Source of the DNA: Elusimicrobiota bacterium
GTDB lineage: Bacteria; Elusimicrobiota; Elusimicrobia; UBA1565; JACRDR01
DNA: 64,000 nt
Reading direction: 5' to 3'
Assembly: GCA_041694815.1 (NCBI GenBank)
Contig: JBGFSC010000007.1
Location: 1-64,000, forward strand
In this document: positions 1-10,086 of the stretch, piece after piece
Layout: each line of letters opens with the position of its first letter
How positions within the stretch are numbered: the first letter of the stretch is position 1
Notes under the pieces: generated by a model
Databases searched by the model: none
What the model was told of the DNA's origin: nothing
Seen by the model: the letters and a program-made list of their open reading frames with translations, nothing else
Program-made: the position numbers and the translations under genes

Positions 1-264
1 AAGAAACCTTGCTTGAGCGAGCCTCGCTTTTCGATCTGCTCCACCTCAACCCCAAAAGGCTCGACCGCCTCAGGCGTCAAGACCTCCAGCTATGCCTCCA
101 ACTTTAACCGGACAGGAGTGAGTCAAGGTGGGTACTGGATCTCCGCCATTCGGCTTATCCCTTCTGGAATTTCCATTCCAGTCTGGAACTCACGGGATGC
201 AGGCCAACGCCACCAACGCCAGCAGGCCCTGGAAGGCCTGCGCAAATTAGGATACGCCCAATAA
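1..264 (+). CDS. 3' end of a gene running in from the left edge; C-terminal LRxLGY motif
   Basis: Frame is open from position 1 to the stop at 264. It ends ...ALEGLRKLGYAQ, resembling the LRxLGY tail of sulfatase/phosphodiesterase-like proteins. Confidence 0.4.
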   Translation, partial: KKPCLSEPRFSICSTSTPKGSTASGVKTSSYASNFNRTGVSQGGYWISAIRLIPSGISIPVWNSRDAGQRHQRQQALEGLRKLGYAQ

Positions 265-810
265 AGAGTTGCGTCCTAAAAGAAACCTCAATGCTGCTCC
301 TCGTTTGCCGCTCAAAATTGCGGTAAGGCTGACGTCCCCCGGTTTTCCATGCCATCGCCGTCGGCGCTACTTCGTCGAAGGAGAAAGCCTGGAAGTCGCT
401 GGCCCGTTAACGGCGGTCAGAAGCTTACGAAATTAACTTAGGATCGATGCCCGTAAAAGGCCTAGAATGGGAGCACAAACGCTGGATCCTCGAAGAGCGG
501 CACGAACGGAAGGCGCGCGCAATTATCGAGCACACCGTGGTAAGGATGGATACCGATCGGCAGCGGCCCGCCGCCGGATAAAGCGGCGTGGCGAGCCGAT
601 CATCTCTCGTTGAGCAAAAGCTAGTACTTTAGTAGCATGAGAGCAATCAGAGATCTCGGCAATGACCCCAATGTATCGAATTGTCTCGCGCGCGCATATC
701 TATCGCCTTATATTTGGCGTCGCGGTGGCGCCGGGCCTATTTGCCTTAAGGTCCCATCCAAAAAAAATAAAAAAGGAATTGCAAACTGTCCTGTAAGACG
801 ACGCGCCTGA

Positions 811-2367
811 ATGCCCATGATTTCATGGTTCATCCGGATACAAAAGTTTGTTTTGATCTCGGCCGGTTTTTTCCCGTTCAGAGCCATTTATCGTGGCTTC
901 TACATTGTTGGAGCCTTCGCCTTCTACTACAGTGCTCGTATCCTCTTTCCTGCGATACAAAGGATAGACCTGCGGCGCGGCGCGGCAAACTCACCCCTCA
1001 TCCCGGGAAGCAGTGACGTAGATCTCGGCATACTCTTTCACGCAAAAGATACGGAGGAAGAAATTCGCTTTCTCCGCGAATTCTGGATATTTTACCGCAA
1101 ATTCAAGTGCACGCTTCCATTCCTCGGCGAGGTCCAGCTTCTCAACGTCAAAGAGGCAAAGCATGTACAATGGCGGCCAACCGATCCCCCCCCCTCCGAA
1201 GAGCCTTACCGGCGTCGGTGGGAATGCGCGCACGAAGCCCTGTCTGCATGCTTTTTCCTTCTCGAGCAGACTTATTTCGATGCCGACCCCGCTTCTCATC
1301 CGGAGTACGGATATAAGGTCGCGAAGGGCTGCCTAGATGTATTGCGCTATTCAGAAGCCGTTCGTTCGGAGGGAGCACCATTGAGCCGTAAAGAATATTT
1401 ACGACAAATGGAAGACTCAAGACTGAAATCCGGTTTCAAACACCCTTTGACGATCGACAAGGATTTCGCGCTCGAGACCTGCTGCCGAGCCCTTCGTATC
1501 CTAGACTCCGCATGCGCGCGTTTCATCGACGCCGTGAAGGCTCAGAAGCATCCCGCGGAAATACAATCGTCGATCGAGACTTGGGATTACCGCTTACCGA
1601 ATTCCGAATCCTTCGCGTGGCGCTCCCGGCTCAAGACACTCGAGGAAGGACGCTTCCCAACCGTCTCCGGATTTTATTCCGACAGCCTCTTTCGATGGCT
1701 AGTGATCGCGCACGTCGAGGAACCCCTAGGACTTTCCCGCCTCTTCGAACAATTAGATTCCTGGCATCGAGGCGATCCACACTTCAAGGCGCCGCCTCTA
1801 TTGCTGTCGCGGAACATGTTTCAGGTCTTGGCATGGACCTGCTATCTAGACAGCCCTTTTTTTTACTTCTCGTTAAGCCCCGATTTAAATCCTCTTGGCC
1901 TTCGCGTCCGCAGGCGCGGCAATCTTCCACTGCTCTCCTCGAGACGCAATGAATATCGGGTTCAATGGAAAGTATCCACCACCGATTTCGATCCTCCTCC
2001 TACTGTATTCCTGCGTTATGGAGCCAGACATGCCGTAGCCAATCTTACCCGTGCGTTGAGGCTCTTTGGACAAGACCATTGGGCCGGCGACAACACATAT
2101 CGCGTCTGCTTGCTGTACGGCCGCCTCCTGAGCCTTCACCTTTATTTGGAGCACGGCGTCGTCACAGATCCAGACGATCTGGAAAGCCTGCTACCGGTTT
2201 TCGAACGGTACGACTCCGCGCTGTTCGCAAAGGTCGAGCCGTCGTTATTCGAGACCTTGAAGACGCCTGCTGATGACTGGAACTCATTGGATTCCAGCCA
2301 CTGCTTCTATCGACATTATCCCAATTTCACGCTCTTGATAGGAGGACTCCTACGCCATGTCCCTTAA
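811..2367 (+). CDS. Hypothetical protein with N-terminal nucleotidyltransferase-like motif
   Basis: 518-aa ORF; RRGAANSPLIPGSSDVDLGILF resembles the pol-beta NTase G-S-x-D-x-D signature; overlaps the next gene. Confidence 0.5.
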   Translation: MPMISWFIRIQKFVLISAGFFPFRAIYRGFYIVGAFAFYYSARILFPAIQRIDLRRGAANSPLIPGSSDVDLGILFHAKDTEEEIRFLREFWIFYRKFKCTLPFLGEVQLLNVKEAKHVQWRPTDPPPSEEPYRRRWECAHEALSACFFLLEQTYFDADPASHPEYGYKVAKGCLDVLRYSEAVRSEGAPLSRKEYLRQMEDSRLKSGFKHPLTIDKDFALETCCRALRILDSACARFIDAVKAQKHPAEIQSSIETWDYRLPNSESFAWRSRLKTLEEGRFPTVSGFYSDSLFRWLVIAHVEEPLGLSRLFEQLDSWHRGDPHFKAPPLLLSRNMFQVLAWTCYLDSPFFYFSLSPDLNPLGLRVRRRGNLPLLSSRRNEYRVQWKVSTTDFDPPPTVFLRYGARHAVANLTRALRLFGQDHWAGDNTYRVCLLYGRLLSLHLYLEHGVVTDPDDLESLLPVFERYDSALFAKVEPSLFETLKTPADDWNSLDSSHCFYRHYPNFTLLIGGLLRHVP

Positions 2368-3481
2368 ACGACTCTCTTTACTGCGCCTTGCCGCCACCAC
2401 AATACTCCTCTTGCAGCCGCCTAATTACCTTTTCGCCTTACCGCAACGCCCCAGCCCAAAAGCCATCTATCGGGTGGAGCGGGTCATTGAGAAGCTCTCT
2501 ACTATCCGGGACATGGAGAATCGTGCGCAAAAATGGGAATACGGCACCGTCGCCGTTGAGGACGGCCGCTTCCTTCAGATCATGACCCAGGCATTGCGGG
2601 CCCAGAATGTCCTCGAAATAGGAACAGGGATCGGATTCTCATCACTTTATATAGGCCTTGGCCTGCTCCGAACGGGAGGTCGGCTGACAACGATTGAAAT
2701 CAGCCCGCGTCTGGCGCGCATGGCGCGCGAGAACGTTAAGGCTGCAGGCCTGCAAGGCGTTATCACCGTCATCGATGGTGACGCGCTTAAGGTAATTCCC
2801 ACTCTCCGGACTCGGTTCGACCTCGTCTTTTCGGACGCGTTGAAAATGGATAACGTGCTATATTTCGACCTCTTCATGCCTTTGGTCAATGAGGGTGGGA
2901 TCATCATGGCCCATGACACCAATGTCGGAGGCTCCCAGGCAAAGAAGATGCGGGACTACATCGACATGCTGAAGGTGCATCCATGCCTGGATTCGGTCCT
3001 CACTGGAGATGAGACCTTCCCTCACCCTATTGGCATCAGCGGCCCTGGTATTGCCGTCAGTTACAAACGCTGCAGCGACCTCGACGGGACACCATGGAAC
3101 TGGACCTTTGCAAAATCGTCGTCCTACGCACAGCTCCGCTCATCTGAAGAGAGCGGCCTGGCCTACGAGATGCTCGAGGAATACGAGGATGACTTTGGCA
3201 ACAGCCGTCTGCTCTTGCTGGTGAACGAACGAGCCTCCAAAAAGGAAATCATCCAATTATGTAAGGCGCTTTTACAAAAGTATTCGCATCAGGATGACTT
3301 TACGATCCATATCTATAACAAGAGGGAAGCATTTGAGAAACGAGACGTTCTGAGGCACCCTCCCAATAAATATTTTAAGCATCTAATCGCCAGAGTCTGG
3401 CGACACCGGAACGCCCAAAACGACGAGATTCAGTATTTCCCAGATGGACTATATCTTCTCTTGCCCAAAAAGAAAATATAA
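2357..3481 (+). CDS. Class I SAM-dependent O-methyltransferase (CCoAOMT/YrrM-like) with N-terminal signal-like peptide and C-terminal extra domain
   Basis: VLEIGTGIGFS, LTTIE, GDAL, FDLVFSDA, GGII.AHD motifs. Confidence 0.85.
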   Translation: MSLKRLSLLRLAATTILLLQPPNYLFALPQRPSPKAIYRVERVIEKLSTIRDMENRAQKWEYGTVAVEDGRFLQIMTQALRAQNVLEIGTGIGFSSLYIGLGLLRTGGRLTTIEISPRLARMARENVKAAGLQGVITVIDGDALKVIPTLRTRFDLVFSDALKMDNVLYFDLFMPLVNEGGIIMAHDTNVGGSQAKKMRDYIDMLKVHPCLDSVLTGDETFPHPIGISGPGIAVSYKRCSDLDGTPWNWTFAKSSSYAQLRSSEESGLAYEMLEEYEDDFGNSRLLLLVNERASKKEIIQLCKALLQKYSHQDDFTIHIYNKREAFEKRDVLRHPPNKYFKHLIARVWRHRNAQNDEIQYFPDGLYLLLPKKKI

Positions 3482-3506
3482 GGCTCCACCTATGTCTAAC
3501 TCCGGA

Positions 3507-4598
3507 CTACTTTGCAGCCACCCGCTTATCGATCAGCAACAATAACGCTTCCGGGAAATACCGAATCTCATCGAATTTTGCATTTCGAAATCGGGAAACC
3601 TCCGCGATCAAATGGCTGAAATACCGTTCCTTAGGATAAGTAAAAACATCTCGGTTGCGATAAGCTTCGGTATCGTCGTAAATATGAACCGTAAAGTCGA
3701 TCTGGTGGTCGTATTTCTGGATTAGAGCTTTGCATAGCGCAATTACTTCTTTCTTTCGAGTCCCTGGTTTCACGTAAAGATAGGGGCGCGAGTTTCCGAA
3801 AGAATCCCTGCATTCCCCGAGGCTTTCGTATTTTACTGTAGAGGACTCATAATTGCTGGGTGCCGCGTGAACGACGGATCTCGCAAGGCTACGGCTCCAT
3901 GGTTTTCCGTCTAGGCCGCTGCAGCGCTTGTAACTGACGGCAAGCCCCTGACCTCCGATGCCGTGGGGAAAGGTAGCATCCGCCACTAAGACGCTATCTA
4001 GGCAGGGATGGGCCTTGAGCATATCCAGAAAATCACGCATCTTACAGGCCTCAAATCCTCCGGGATTCACGTCATGATGCACGATGAGGCCGCCTTCCCT
4101 CACTAAGGGCAGAAAAAGATCAAAATAGTGAAGGTTATCTTCTTTTAGCGCGTCAGAAAATACGACGTCGAACTTCTGCTTAAGCGTTGGAAGCACGGCC
4201 AAGGCGTCGCCCTCGATCAGGGTAACGATATCCTCAACCCCCGCATTTTCAAAGTTCCTTCGGGCCATGCGGACTCTCTTAGAATCGATTTCGATTGTGG
4301 TCAGTCGCCCTCCAGTTTGGCGGAGGCCGAGGGTAAAATGGAGCGACGAGAATCCAAGGCCTGTGCCGATTTCCAGCACGTTCTTTGCCTTAGACGCCTG
4401 GACTAAGATTTGAAGGAACTTGCCGTCTTCGGGCGACACCAAGCCGTATTGCATTTGAGCAGGAGTTGCGTGCATAGGCCCAAGCATTTCAATAACATCT
4501 CGAATTTTGGCGGTCGCCGAATTGTATGTCGGGTCTACCGATGGAGTTTGAGCGGCTGCCCCGTAAAGGGCAAATAGAAAACAAATCTTAAAAAGCAT
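3507..4598 (-). CDS. O-methyltransferase, convergent paralog of 2357..3481
   Basis: VLEIGTGLGFS, FDVVFSDALK; end-to-end similarity to 2357..3481 (LKxHPCLDSVL, AVSYKRCS, DFTxHIY). Confidence 0.85.
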   Translation of the reverse strand: MLFKICFLFALYGAAAQTPSVDPTYNSATAKIRDVIEMLGPMHATPAQMQYGLVSPEDGKFLQILVQASKAKNVLEIGTGLGFSSLHFTLGLRQTGGRLTTIEIDSKRVRMARRNFENAGVEDIVTLIEGDALAVLPTLKQKFDVVFSDALKEDNLHYFDLFLPLVREGGLIVHHDVNPGGFEACKMRDFLDMLKAHPCLDSVLVADATFPHGIGGQGLAVSYKRCSGLDGKPWSRSLARSVVHAAPSNYESSTVKYESLGECRDSFGNSRPYLYVKPGTRKKEVIALCKALIQKYDHQIDFTVHIYDDTEAYRNRDVFTYPKERYFSHLIAEVSRFRNAKFDEIRYFPEALLLLIDKRVAAK

Positions 4599-4655
4599 CT
4601 CCTTAGACCCGATCTAAGAGCCGATGGCTTTCACAGAAGCACTTGTCATGGCGTT

Positions 4656-5385
4656 TCATGCATCGTAATCGCGCTGCGACGGGAAAAGGAAGCCGTTCAA
4701 GCATTGCGGGTTGCAGAATCCAGTCATCTCCTGGTCCCGGAGCCGGCGCCGGTATTCCTGCATGCCGGGACCGTTCCAGATCGCCTTGAGTGGCTGCCGC
4801 ATGAGATTGCCGGCAGGGATCGGACATAAACACTCCGGATGGATGTCACCGTTAAAATCCATGCGGACGATGAATTTTTTCCACGGCTTCGCGCACCCAA
4901 TGGAGGGACTGCAGGAGCCGTTCAAAACGCGCCGGACGGCATATCTTTTCGAAGGTCTCCGGGATTACGGAATCGATAGACCAGGCTATAGACGCATCGG
5001 CCTCCGCCAGGACATCCGCCCAATACTCGTCGATCAACACACCGGCGGTGGTTATCTGTTGCTCAAGCCGGGAATACCGGCTTCCGGCCAATAGAAGCTT
5101 CTGGAAATACGGCGCCAGAAACACCTCTCCCCCTTGCCAATTGATGCGCTGTAGATAAGGAAATAGTTCAGCGATCTCCCATGCCTTTTCCTCCGGCAAG
5201 ATCTTATTCGATACTTCTCGGGAACAATGGATGCAATGGAGGTTGCACTCGGTCGTCAGGATCGCCATGAGCTCGATCGGCCAAGACTCCAGAACAATCT
5301 TTCGCGCCTCGAATTCCCGTTGGTTGACTTCGAGATTGCGTTCCAAACACGAGGGATAGTCTAATAATGCGGCTACCTGTGGCAT
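4656..5385 (-). pseudogene. Radical SAM/SPASM gene split over two frames with the central part missing
   Basis: ATG at 5385 (MPQVAALL) gives CNLHCIHC and GGE, then stops at 4852. The SPASM-like tail (GDIHPECLC...WNGPGMQEYRR...C.P.C) is in another frame ending at 4656. Confidence 0.65.
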
Positions 5386-5387
5386 GT

Positions 5388-6587
5388 CTATACGATTTCC
5401 CCACAGACGGGGATGCCGCCTTGCCAACGCTCCCACTCTTGCTGGCTCATTCTGTTTTCTCGACCCAAGAGGCAGTTCATGCCGCACCAGTCGGTAGCAC
5501 CGCGAGCTATCTTTTCGCGGAAGCCTCGCATCATCGAGGAGTTCCAGAACGCCATCAGGTCGAAGTTCTCGCCAAAACGCATTTCGGGGATGCAGCCGCA
5601 GGCGACCGAAACGCCTCCGGGGTGGATATAGAGCCTTCTCCAGGGCAGCACGCAATGAAGCCGGTCGATCGGGCGGACGGGATCCTGGCATTGCTGGGAG
5701 CCGAAAGCAGGACCATCTAAGCTCTGCGGCTGTACCTGATGCGATTCCACGCGCATGTGGCTTTCCCTTAATTCCGCGGCCAAATACGGCTCTTTTTCAA
5801 TGACTTCTCCAGGCGTCGTCAAGCAAGGCCAATTACATGCCAGTCCATTCGCCTCGCAGAGGCGATTGACCCGGGGAACCTCCTCTATGAGGCGCTGCAG
5901 CAATCGATTATTTTCCGGCGCATAGAGGTTTTCGCCGTGGACGTCAGGAATATAGTCGAATGCCTTCATCATTTTGAAATTGATCCGCGCAAAGCGATGC
6001 CTCTTGGCGAAATCGACGATGAGGTCTACCTCGTGGACGTTCGATTTCATCAAGACAACGTTCAACTGATGGCGGGGAAGCTTTCCAAACCGATCCAGTG
6101 CCTCGTTTAAACCGTCCAGGTTCCTGATCAATTGCGGCCACGCGGAACCCTCGCGAATCCGCTCATAAGTCGCCTGGGTGCCCCCGTCGACAGAAATGGA
6201 TAAGGAGATATCGCTCTGAGCGATGAGCCGGGACCAGTCGTCGTTGAACAGAAGTCCGTTCGTCGTGATGACCTGGCGCAACTCCGCGTAATCCGCGGCC
6301 CGACGAACTAGTTCGAAGAACTTCCTATGGACGAAGGCCTCGCCTCCCTCCCACTCTATGACTCTCAGATACGGATAAAAGGCCGGAATTTGCTCCAAGA
6401 CATGGTCCGGCACGTCCTGCAGGCGCTGATTTCTGAAAGGACACATAATGCAATGAACGTTACAGCGGCCGGTCAGCACGACAAGCATCATGTCTGGGAA
6501 GCATTCCAGGGACGTTTTCCTAGAAAGGATCTCTTCCTTTTGCAAGAGCGCGTTTCTGCGCAGGCGAGCATCCAAGGACGCTTCCAT
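5388..6587 (-). CDS. Radical SAM protein with SPASM/twitch domain
   Basis: CNVHCIMC, GGE, TNG, SVDG, C-terminal CVLPW...ACGC...C.MNC. Confidence 0.92.
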   Translation of the reverse strand: MEASLDARLRRNALLQKEEILSRKTSLECFPDMMLVVLTGRCNVHCIMCPFRNQRLQDVPDHVLEQIPAFYPYLRVIEWEGGEAFVHRKFFELVRRAADYAELRQVITTNGLLFNDDWSRLIAQSDISLSISVDGGTQATYERIREGSAWPQLIRNLDGLNEALDRFGKLPRHQLNVVLMKSNVHEVDLIVDFAKRHRFARINFKMMKAFDYIPDVHGENLYAPENNRLLQRLIEEVPRVNRLCEANGLACNWPCLTTPGEVIEKEPYLAAELRESHMRVESHQVQPQSLDGPAFGSQQCQDPVRPIDRLHCVLPWRRLYIHPGGVSVACGCIPEMRFGENFDLMAFWNSSMMRGFREKIARGATDWCGMNCLLGRENRMSQQEWERWQGGIPVCGEIV

Positions 6588-6590
6588 GAA

Positions 6591-7664
6591 TTATCCCATA
6601 TAAGCGGCAGGCGTATAGCCGTTGAGGCAATGCTTGGAACAGACACGCTCGGAGCGTTTATTCCCTAGGGCTCGCCGGTATTCCTGCATCCCCGGGCCGT
6701 TCCACACCGACCAGAGATCTTGAGCAGGCGCATGGCCCGCACCCTCGGAGCAGAGACAGTCGGGAAAGATCAAGCCTCCCCGGATAGCGTCGACGCATAG
6801 AGACTCCCAGGGCCTGCGGCAGACCCGTTCCTGGCTCGATCCGCCTCTAGTTCCCTTATAAAGCCGGTTTTCGTCCAGGTCGGTATCTGCATGCAGCATA
6901 TGCTCAAAGATGATTTCTACCTGTATTCCACTCGTTGTGGCCTTTTCTAAAAGAAGCGAATATTGGGATTTTAAAACGCCTAAAACCTCATGATCCCTGC
7001 ACAAGTCGATCTTCTCTTCGGGCGCCAACTCGCCATGGATGAGACCGAAACTGACTTGCGAAAAGCCAAATGCGGCCGCCAAATCAATAAAATCGGCCAA
7101 TTGATGATAATTGGACTTCATCACGCACACCGCCATACTCAGCGGGGCGCTGCAGCGGCGCTCTTGGCGGGCCCGGCTCAGACGTTCTAGATTGCGTAGT
7201 AGATGGGAAAATCGCGCTCCCTGACGGATATATTCGTATTCTTTCTCCTTGGCGCCGTCTATTGATATCTTGATCGAGACAGGATGGCGGGTCAATATCT
7301 CTACCCACTCTTCTGTCAAAAAAAGCCCATTCGTCTGGACAGTCTGCTCAAGGTCGCTGAACGCCGCCGCTCGCTCTATCATCTCGCGGAAATGCGGCAC
7401 CATAAAGACCTCGCCACCCTGCCAAAAGAGGTCCTCGGCATAGGGAAGGAACCGGTCTAGTTCCCTGGCTAGCCACAAGGAAGAGAGCGTAAATTTCTCG
7501 GGAACGTCCCGTAATTCGCACATGATGCAGTTGATATTGCAGGCGTTGGTAACGATAAATCGCAAATAGCGAGGAAAGGACATCAATACCAGCCTCTTTT
7601 CACGAAACTCCAGCTCGTTGAGGCGACGGTTCTCCTCTCGAATTCTATTGGAGGTCGGTATCAT
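6591..7664 (-). CDS. Radical SAM protein with SPASM/twitch domain
   Basis: CNINCIMC, GGE, TNG, SIDG, CRRPW...PDCLC...WNG...CSKHC. Confidence 0.92.
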   Translation of the reverse strand: MIPTSNRIREENRRLNELEFREKRLVLMSFPRYLRFIVTNACNINCIMCELRDVPEKFTLSSLWLARELDRFLPYAEDLFWQGGEVFMVPHFREMIERAAAFSDLEQTVQTNGLFLTEEWVEILTRHPVSIKISIDGAKEKEYEYIRQGARFSHLLRNLERLSRARQERRCSAPLSMAVCVMKSNYHQLADFIDLAAAFGFSQVSFGLIHGELAPEEKIDLCRDHEVLGVLKSQYSLLLEKATTSGIQVEIIFEHMLHADTDLDENRLYKGTRGGSSQERVCRRPWESLCVDAIRGGLIFPDCLCSEGAGHAPAQDLWSVWNGPGMQEYRRALGNKRSERVCSKHCLNGYTPAAYMG

Positions 7665-9256
7665 GCTCGTGAAACCGGCGCCTGCTTAATTTCAGCCAAC
7701 CGCTTGAGGACATACTCGTTCTGCGGGTCTTCCGCAAGGTAGCGGCCGTAATGCTCGATCGCCTTATCTAGCTGTCCAATGCCGTCGTGGTAACGTCCGA
7801 GGCTAAACTGCGTATACGCCTCTACGGACATCTCCAACCCGTCGCCGACGTTCATGCCCAACGACAAGGCGAGCTGCCGGAAGGCCCGGTAGCGCTCCAA
7901 TCGCACCGGATACGTGTTAGTCTTGTCGGCGGATTCCCAATAGAGCGCATGCGGCCCAGGCACGACGCCCCATGCCCGCGGATCCTCTAATAGCCGCCCT
8001 TCCAGGTTCGTGAAGGTGAAACTAGGATAAACATGATGGATATAAGGATGCATTTCTCGGATGAAATCCAGCGTCGCCCGGAAATCGTCCTCGGTTTCTC
8101 CGGGATGTCCGAACATAAAGTTTCCACGGGTCATCAGGCCGGCCCGGTCGATATTTTTAAGCACCGCCTTCATCTGCTCCACCGTCTGGCCTTTCTCCAT
8201 GATGTCGAGGACGCGCTGGGACCCGGACTCAAGACCGATGATCAGCATCCGGCAGCCGGCCTCATATAAGCGGCGGCAGGCGTCCTCCGTCATTTCCGGA
8301 CGGATGATGGCGTTGCATTCGCGCCACGAAAGCCGTGGCCCCGAATCCGAGATCAAAAGGTCGCAGAGGCGCATTAGCTTCTTCATATCGCCGTTGATGA
8401 GAAGGTCGTAAAACTTGATTTCACTGTCTGAGTGCCGCAGGCTCGGCAAGACCTTGCGCTGGTGCTGGATCTCGGCGTAAATCCGCTCTCCGCTCATCTG
8501 CCTAAAGCCCGGCCAGGCCGTCCTATGACCGCAAAAGCTGCAGCGCCGCACACAGCCCCGATTGGTCATCATCACCAGGTCGTGCGGCTTGGCATGATCG
8601 CTGCCGTAGAGCTCCATGTCGAAGGACGAAAAATCCGCGAACGGCAATTCATCTAAGTCCACCGGCGGGCGTGCCCCTGTATACACCGGCTCCCCCTCCG
8701 CATCTCGGATGTACATTCCACGACATCCCTCAAGAGAGGCTCCTTGGCGCAGGCGATCCAGGAGGTCGGCCAAGGTGTGCTCCCCATCGCCCGCGATGAC
8801 CGCGTCCACCTGAGGCTTGCGAATAACCACATCCGCCCAGTTCGGCAGCGTATTGAATATCTGCCCCCCAAAGACCACCACGACGTCGGCGCGGACGGCC
8901 TTGAGCCACCCGGCGACGATCAGGCTGGAAGGGATTGAACTCGAATTGACGGAAAAGCCAACGACGGGACGCTCGTGTCTACAGATGCGCTCGAGGTATT
9001 GGGCGAAGATCCACGCCTTCTCCTGTTTCAGGAACTCCGATGCCAACGCGTCGTGGTCCCATACCGTTTCGATCGCATCCGACCAGCCGTTGCTTCCCGG
9101 GCGGTGGTGGCGGTGGTAGAGCGCAATGTTGATGTCCATGATCTCCGACTCAAAACCCTGCTGCGCCAGATACGCGGAGAGCTGTGCCAACGCCATAGAC
9201 GGCTCGCGCGCCCAAAGGGGCATTTGTATCAGAAACACCTTGGGTCGGACGCTCAT
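7661..9256 (-). CDS. Cobalamin-binding radical SAM protein with C-terminal TPR-like helix pair
   Basis: B12-binding N-terminus (VGFS, VVFGG, GDGE); RGCVRRCSFC; GLESGS; GHPGETEDDF. Start placed at the ATGA overlap at 9256. Confidence 0.92.
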   Translation of the reverse strand: MSVRPKVFLIQMPLWAREPSMALAQLSAYLAQQGFESEIMDINIALYHRHHRPGSNGWSDAIETVWDHDALASEFLKQEKAWIFAQYLERICRHERPVVGFSVNSSSIPSSLIVAGWLKAVRADVVVVFGGQIFNTLPNWADVVIRKPQVDAVIAGDGEHTLADLLDRLRQGASLEGCRGMYIRDAEGEPVYTGARPPVDLDELPFADFSSFDMELYGSDHAKPHDLVMMTNRGCVRRCSFCGHRTAWPGFRQMSGERIYAEIQHQRKVLPSLRHSDSEIKFYDLLINGDMKKLMRLCDLLISDSGPRLSWRECNAIIRPEMTEDACRRLYEAGCRMLIIGLESGSQRVLDIMEKGQTVEQMKAVLKNIDRAGLMTRGNFMFGHPGETEDDFRATLDFIREMHPYIHHVYPSFTFTNLEGRLLEDPRAWGVVPGPHALYWESADKTNTYPVRLERYRAFRQLALSLGMNVGDGLEMSVEAYTQFSLGRYHDGIGQLDKAIEHYGRYLAEDPQNEYVLKRLAEIKQAPVSRA

Positions 9257-10086
9257 GCTACGTTGCGCACCAGCCACTGGGATTCGAACGGGCACCATTC
9301 CTGCGCGCATGTCCTCGGCTCCGGCCAAAGCGAGAAATCCTCGGCGAAGAAGTCTCCCAGCTGGCGGTCCTCGTAACGCGTGCAGCGGTCGACCTTCCCG
9401 TCGCCTCTAATGTGGGCGTAGCGCTGCCCCGCATGGCACAGTTTTCCGGCCGGGCTCAGCGCCTTTAATTGATACTCGAGCTTTTTATCCACCGACGACT
9501 TGTTCGGCGACAGCTCCTCGATGCGGGCCTTCTCCTCCTCGCTGTTGGCTAAGCGCCCATCCACCATTAAGGGAAGAGGGACAAGGACCAACCCATCGCG
9601 TTCCATGCGGTCCCGGTACCGTTCAAAGCGTCCCATCTGGGCGGGATCAGCCACGAAGTAGACCGAACGCTTAGGCGGCCAGCGCTGGGGGAGGTAATCT
9701 CGCGCGTAGACGGCCTTCGGAAGAAACTCCTCGAAGGACACCTGCGTCGGATGGAAGGTGGCCGAGACCCTGAAATGCTCGGGGTCTAGGCTTGGGATCA
9801 GGCGCTCTACCTCCCATGATAGATTCGTGCAGAGGTCCACGGTGTGCATCGACACGACAGCCTTAACGAGATCGTAAAAGCCGGGGAAAATGGATGGCTC
9901 CCCGCCCGACATGTATATATAACACCGGCCATGCTTCCGATAGATTCGCTCCCAGGCCGTGATCCACTCTGAGACCGGACGATGCCTGAGTACCGGAGGA
10001 AGGACGCAGTACGGGCAATGATAATTGCAAGCATAGGTCAAATCAAGGCCGAAGTGGGCGGCGAAACGCAGGTCCTCAGCTCCCAT
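9253..10086 (-). CDS. Radical SAM protein, short paralogous family
   Basis: CNYHCPYC, GGEP, TNLS, TFHP, C-terminal CHAG...RC...C...C. Confidence 0.9.
   Translation of the reverse strand: MGAEDLRFAAHFGLDLTYACNYHCPYCVLPPVLRHRPVSEWITAWERIYRKHGRCYIYMSGGEPSIFPGFYDLVKAVVSMHTVDLCTNLSWEVERLIPSLDPEHFRVSATFHPTQVSFEEFLPKAVYARDYLPQRWPPKRSVYFVADPAQMGRFERYRDRMERDGLVLVPLPLMVDGRLANSEEEKARIEELSPNKSSVDKKLEYQLKALSPAGKLCHAGQRYAHIRGDGKVDRCTRYEDRQLGDFFAEDFSLWPEPRTCAQEWCPFESQWLVRNVA

Noticed and set aside
330..352. TGACGTCCCCCGGTTTTCC resembling an IS3-family terminal repeat
   Set aside because: No partner inverted repeat or transposase ORF was found; the resemblance is by eye only.
760..774. A-tract upstream of 811 as a phase-variation site
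   Set aside because: Intergenic and interrupted; no convincing -35/-10 pair spans it.
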